A stretch of 63,188 bases of DNA, the filler included, from Bdellovibrionota bacterium (GTDB lineage Bacteria; Bdellovibrionota; Bdellovibrionia; Bdellovibrionales; JAEYZS01), in assembly GCA_963169515.1 (NCBI GenBank). It is 4 parts of 4 records of this genome, joined end to end, with 100 filler letters (N's around TTAATTAATTAA, not from the genome) between each part and the next. Parts side by side here need not be neighbours in the genome. Positions count along the whole stretch, not along the records: positions 56,016 to 63,188 come from CAUJEF010000172.1; 3 more parts are not named here. One strand, given 5' to 3'. Both the position numbers and the translations under genes were made by a program. The notes below the pieces were generated by a model. It was not told the origin of the DNA and ran no database searches. It saw only the letters and a program-made list of their open reading frames with translations. Shown piece by piece: positions 61,799-63,188 of the stretch (position 1 is the stretch's first letter; every line of letters begins with the position of its first letter).

Positions 61799-62557
61799 AT
61801 GAAAGCGTATTTCCTTTCGGACCTTCACCTTAAATCAGAAGATAAAGATAAGGCGAAACTATTTATTAACTTTCTTTCTTCAATAGACCATAATGTGAGC
61901 CATCTGATATTGCTGGGGGATGTTTTTGATTTTTGGATAGGCGAGCATACTTATTTTCAAAAAAAATTTCCACATATCGTGGCTCAGCTTCAAAGAATTG
62001 TGCAGCAAGGTACTGAAGTCCATTATTTTGAAGGCAATCACGATATTCATTTAAAAAGGTTTTGGGAAAAAAGTGTTGGAGCAAAGGTCCATCCTGAAAA
62101 ATACACTTTTTATTTTGAAAATTTAAAAGTGCGTGCAGAACACGGGGATTTAATGAATCCAAAGGACAAAGGATATCTCTTTTTAAGATGGTTATTGCGG
62201 ACGAAACCACTTGAGATCCTTGCGCACCGAATTCCGGGAAATCTTGTGGGCTGGATTGGAGAGCGAAGTAGTCAAGTGAGCCGTGTTTACACAGCTCGCA
62301 TGACAAAAGACTATACTCAAAATGTATTGGACTTTACTCGAACATACGCAATGAAAGAGTGCCAGAAGGATCCATTTGATTTATTGGTTACGGGTCATAC
62401 TCATGTGAAAGATGATTTTGAATTTAATGTCAGGGGCAAAAAGTCTCGGTCGGTGAATTTGGGGTCGTGGCTAGATCAACCAAAAGTATTTGAAATTACT
62501 CCAGATCAGCAGCAATTCATATATCTTATGCTACCGGTGACAGGTTCAGCGCAGTGA
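61799..62557 (+). CDS. lpxH: UDP-2,3-diacylglucosamine diphosphatase (LpxH-like metallophosphoesterase)
   Basis: SDLH, LGDVFDFW, GNHD, HGD, GHTH, NLGSW. Confidence 0.8.
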   Translation: MKAYFLSDLHLKSEDKDKAKLFINFLSSIDHNVSHLILLGDVFDFWIGEHTYFQKKFPHIVAQLQRIVQQGTEVHYFEGNHDIHLKRFWEKSVGAKVHPEKYTFYFENLKVRAEHGDLMNPKDKGYLFLRWLLRTKPLEILAHRIPGNLVGWIGERSSQVSRVYTARMTKDYTQNVLDFTRTYAMKECQKDPFDLLVTGHTHVKDDFEFNVRGKKSRSVNLGSWLDQPKVFEITPDQQQFIYLMLPVTGSAQ

Positions 62558-63188
62558 TTCTTTAAGCAGTTGCTTTGCATGATCCAAGCTTGTTTTCGAA
62601 ATTTTCTCTCCAGAAATCAAGCGTGCGATTTCTTTTTCACGCGATTGTTTATCAAGCTCGATCACGTGCATTTGAGCCCCCTTTTTGTTACTGGATTCCT
62701 TTTCGATTAGAAAATGCACATCTCCATACGCTGCTACCTGAGGGAGATGGGTTACGCAAATAACTTGCTGTCCCTTTGAAATATTCCGTAATTTACGGCC
62801 AACTTTTTCAGCTGTTGGCCCACTCACGCCCGTATCCACCTCATCAAAAAGATATGTACGGGGGAGATCGTTGGCTCCCACAACTTTTTTGAGAGACAAT
62901 AGAATTCGTGATAATTCGCCACCACTTGCAAACTTTGCAATTGATCGGAAATCTTCTTTTGAAGAAGAGCGGAATAAAAATTCAATTTCGTCTTTGCCTG
63001 TCGGAGTGTAGTGTTCGACAACTCGGAGTGCAATTTGAAATTGAACTTCTTTCATGTTGAGATCTTTAAGCTCTCGGATCAGTTGAGTTGCTAAATCCTC
63101 AGATGCTTTCGCTCGTTTTATGTGTAGGTCTTGGGCTTGTTTCAGCAGTACAAGTTCCAATTCTTTTTGTCGCCGGGTAAGATTTTGC
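62546..63188 (-). CDS. recN: DNA repair protein RecN, C-terminal part
   Basis: ASGGELSR, FDEVDTGVSG, VTHLPQVAA, EIARL. Confidence 0.95.
   Translation of the reverse strand, partial: QNLTRRQKELELVLLKQAQDLHIKRAKASEDLATQLIRELKDLNMKEVQFQIALRVVEHYTPTGKDEIEFLFRSSSKEDFRSIAKFASGGELSRILLSLKKVVGANDLPRTYLFDEVDTGVSGPTAEKVGRKLRNISKGQQVICVTHLPQVAAYGDVHFLIEKESSNKKGAQMHVIELDKQSREKEIARLISGEKISKTSLDHAKQLLKESLR

Overview
AT-rich bacterial DNA. The window is four unrelated contigs (1-16368, 16469-35995, 36096-55915, 56016-63188) joined by artificial 100-bp N/TTAATTAATTAA/N linkers. Gene content (PilZ proteins, FNNC-type lipoproteins, a fliF-flgE operon with TIGR02530, PA14 and vWA surface proteins, sigma54-type promoters) suggests a Bdellovibrionota genome or MAG; this is inference. 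Contig 1: proBA, arfB, an M64 peptidase, a phytoene-desaturase-like gene, lspA, ugpCBAEQ, an RRM protein and a PilZ/SLT/PilZ cluster. Contig 2: flagellar fliF-flgE, pfkA, HU, yacG, an accessory island and an opp/dpp ABC operon. Contig 3: an Ig-repeat/vWA surface protein, secreted proteins, dnaE, guaAB, miaB, thiolase-scoAB and an IS fragment. Contig 4: 23S (3' part) and 5S rRNA, ftsQAZ, lpxH and recN. The most unusual region is the island at about 29.6-31.4 kb: a secreted Tgl (transglutaminase)-like gene with its own sigma54-type promoter, bracketed by imperfect inverted repeats of about 80 bp, beside a hairpin-sequestered 46-aa basic/hydrophobic ORF that resembles a type I toxin. Structured leaders also precede flgE and ftsA. 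No CRISPR array or tRNA gene was seen. All family assignments are by motif recognition, without database searches.
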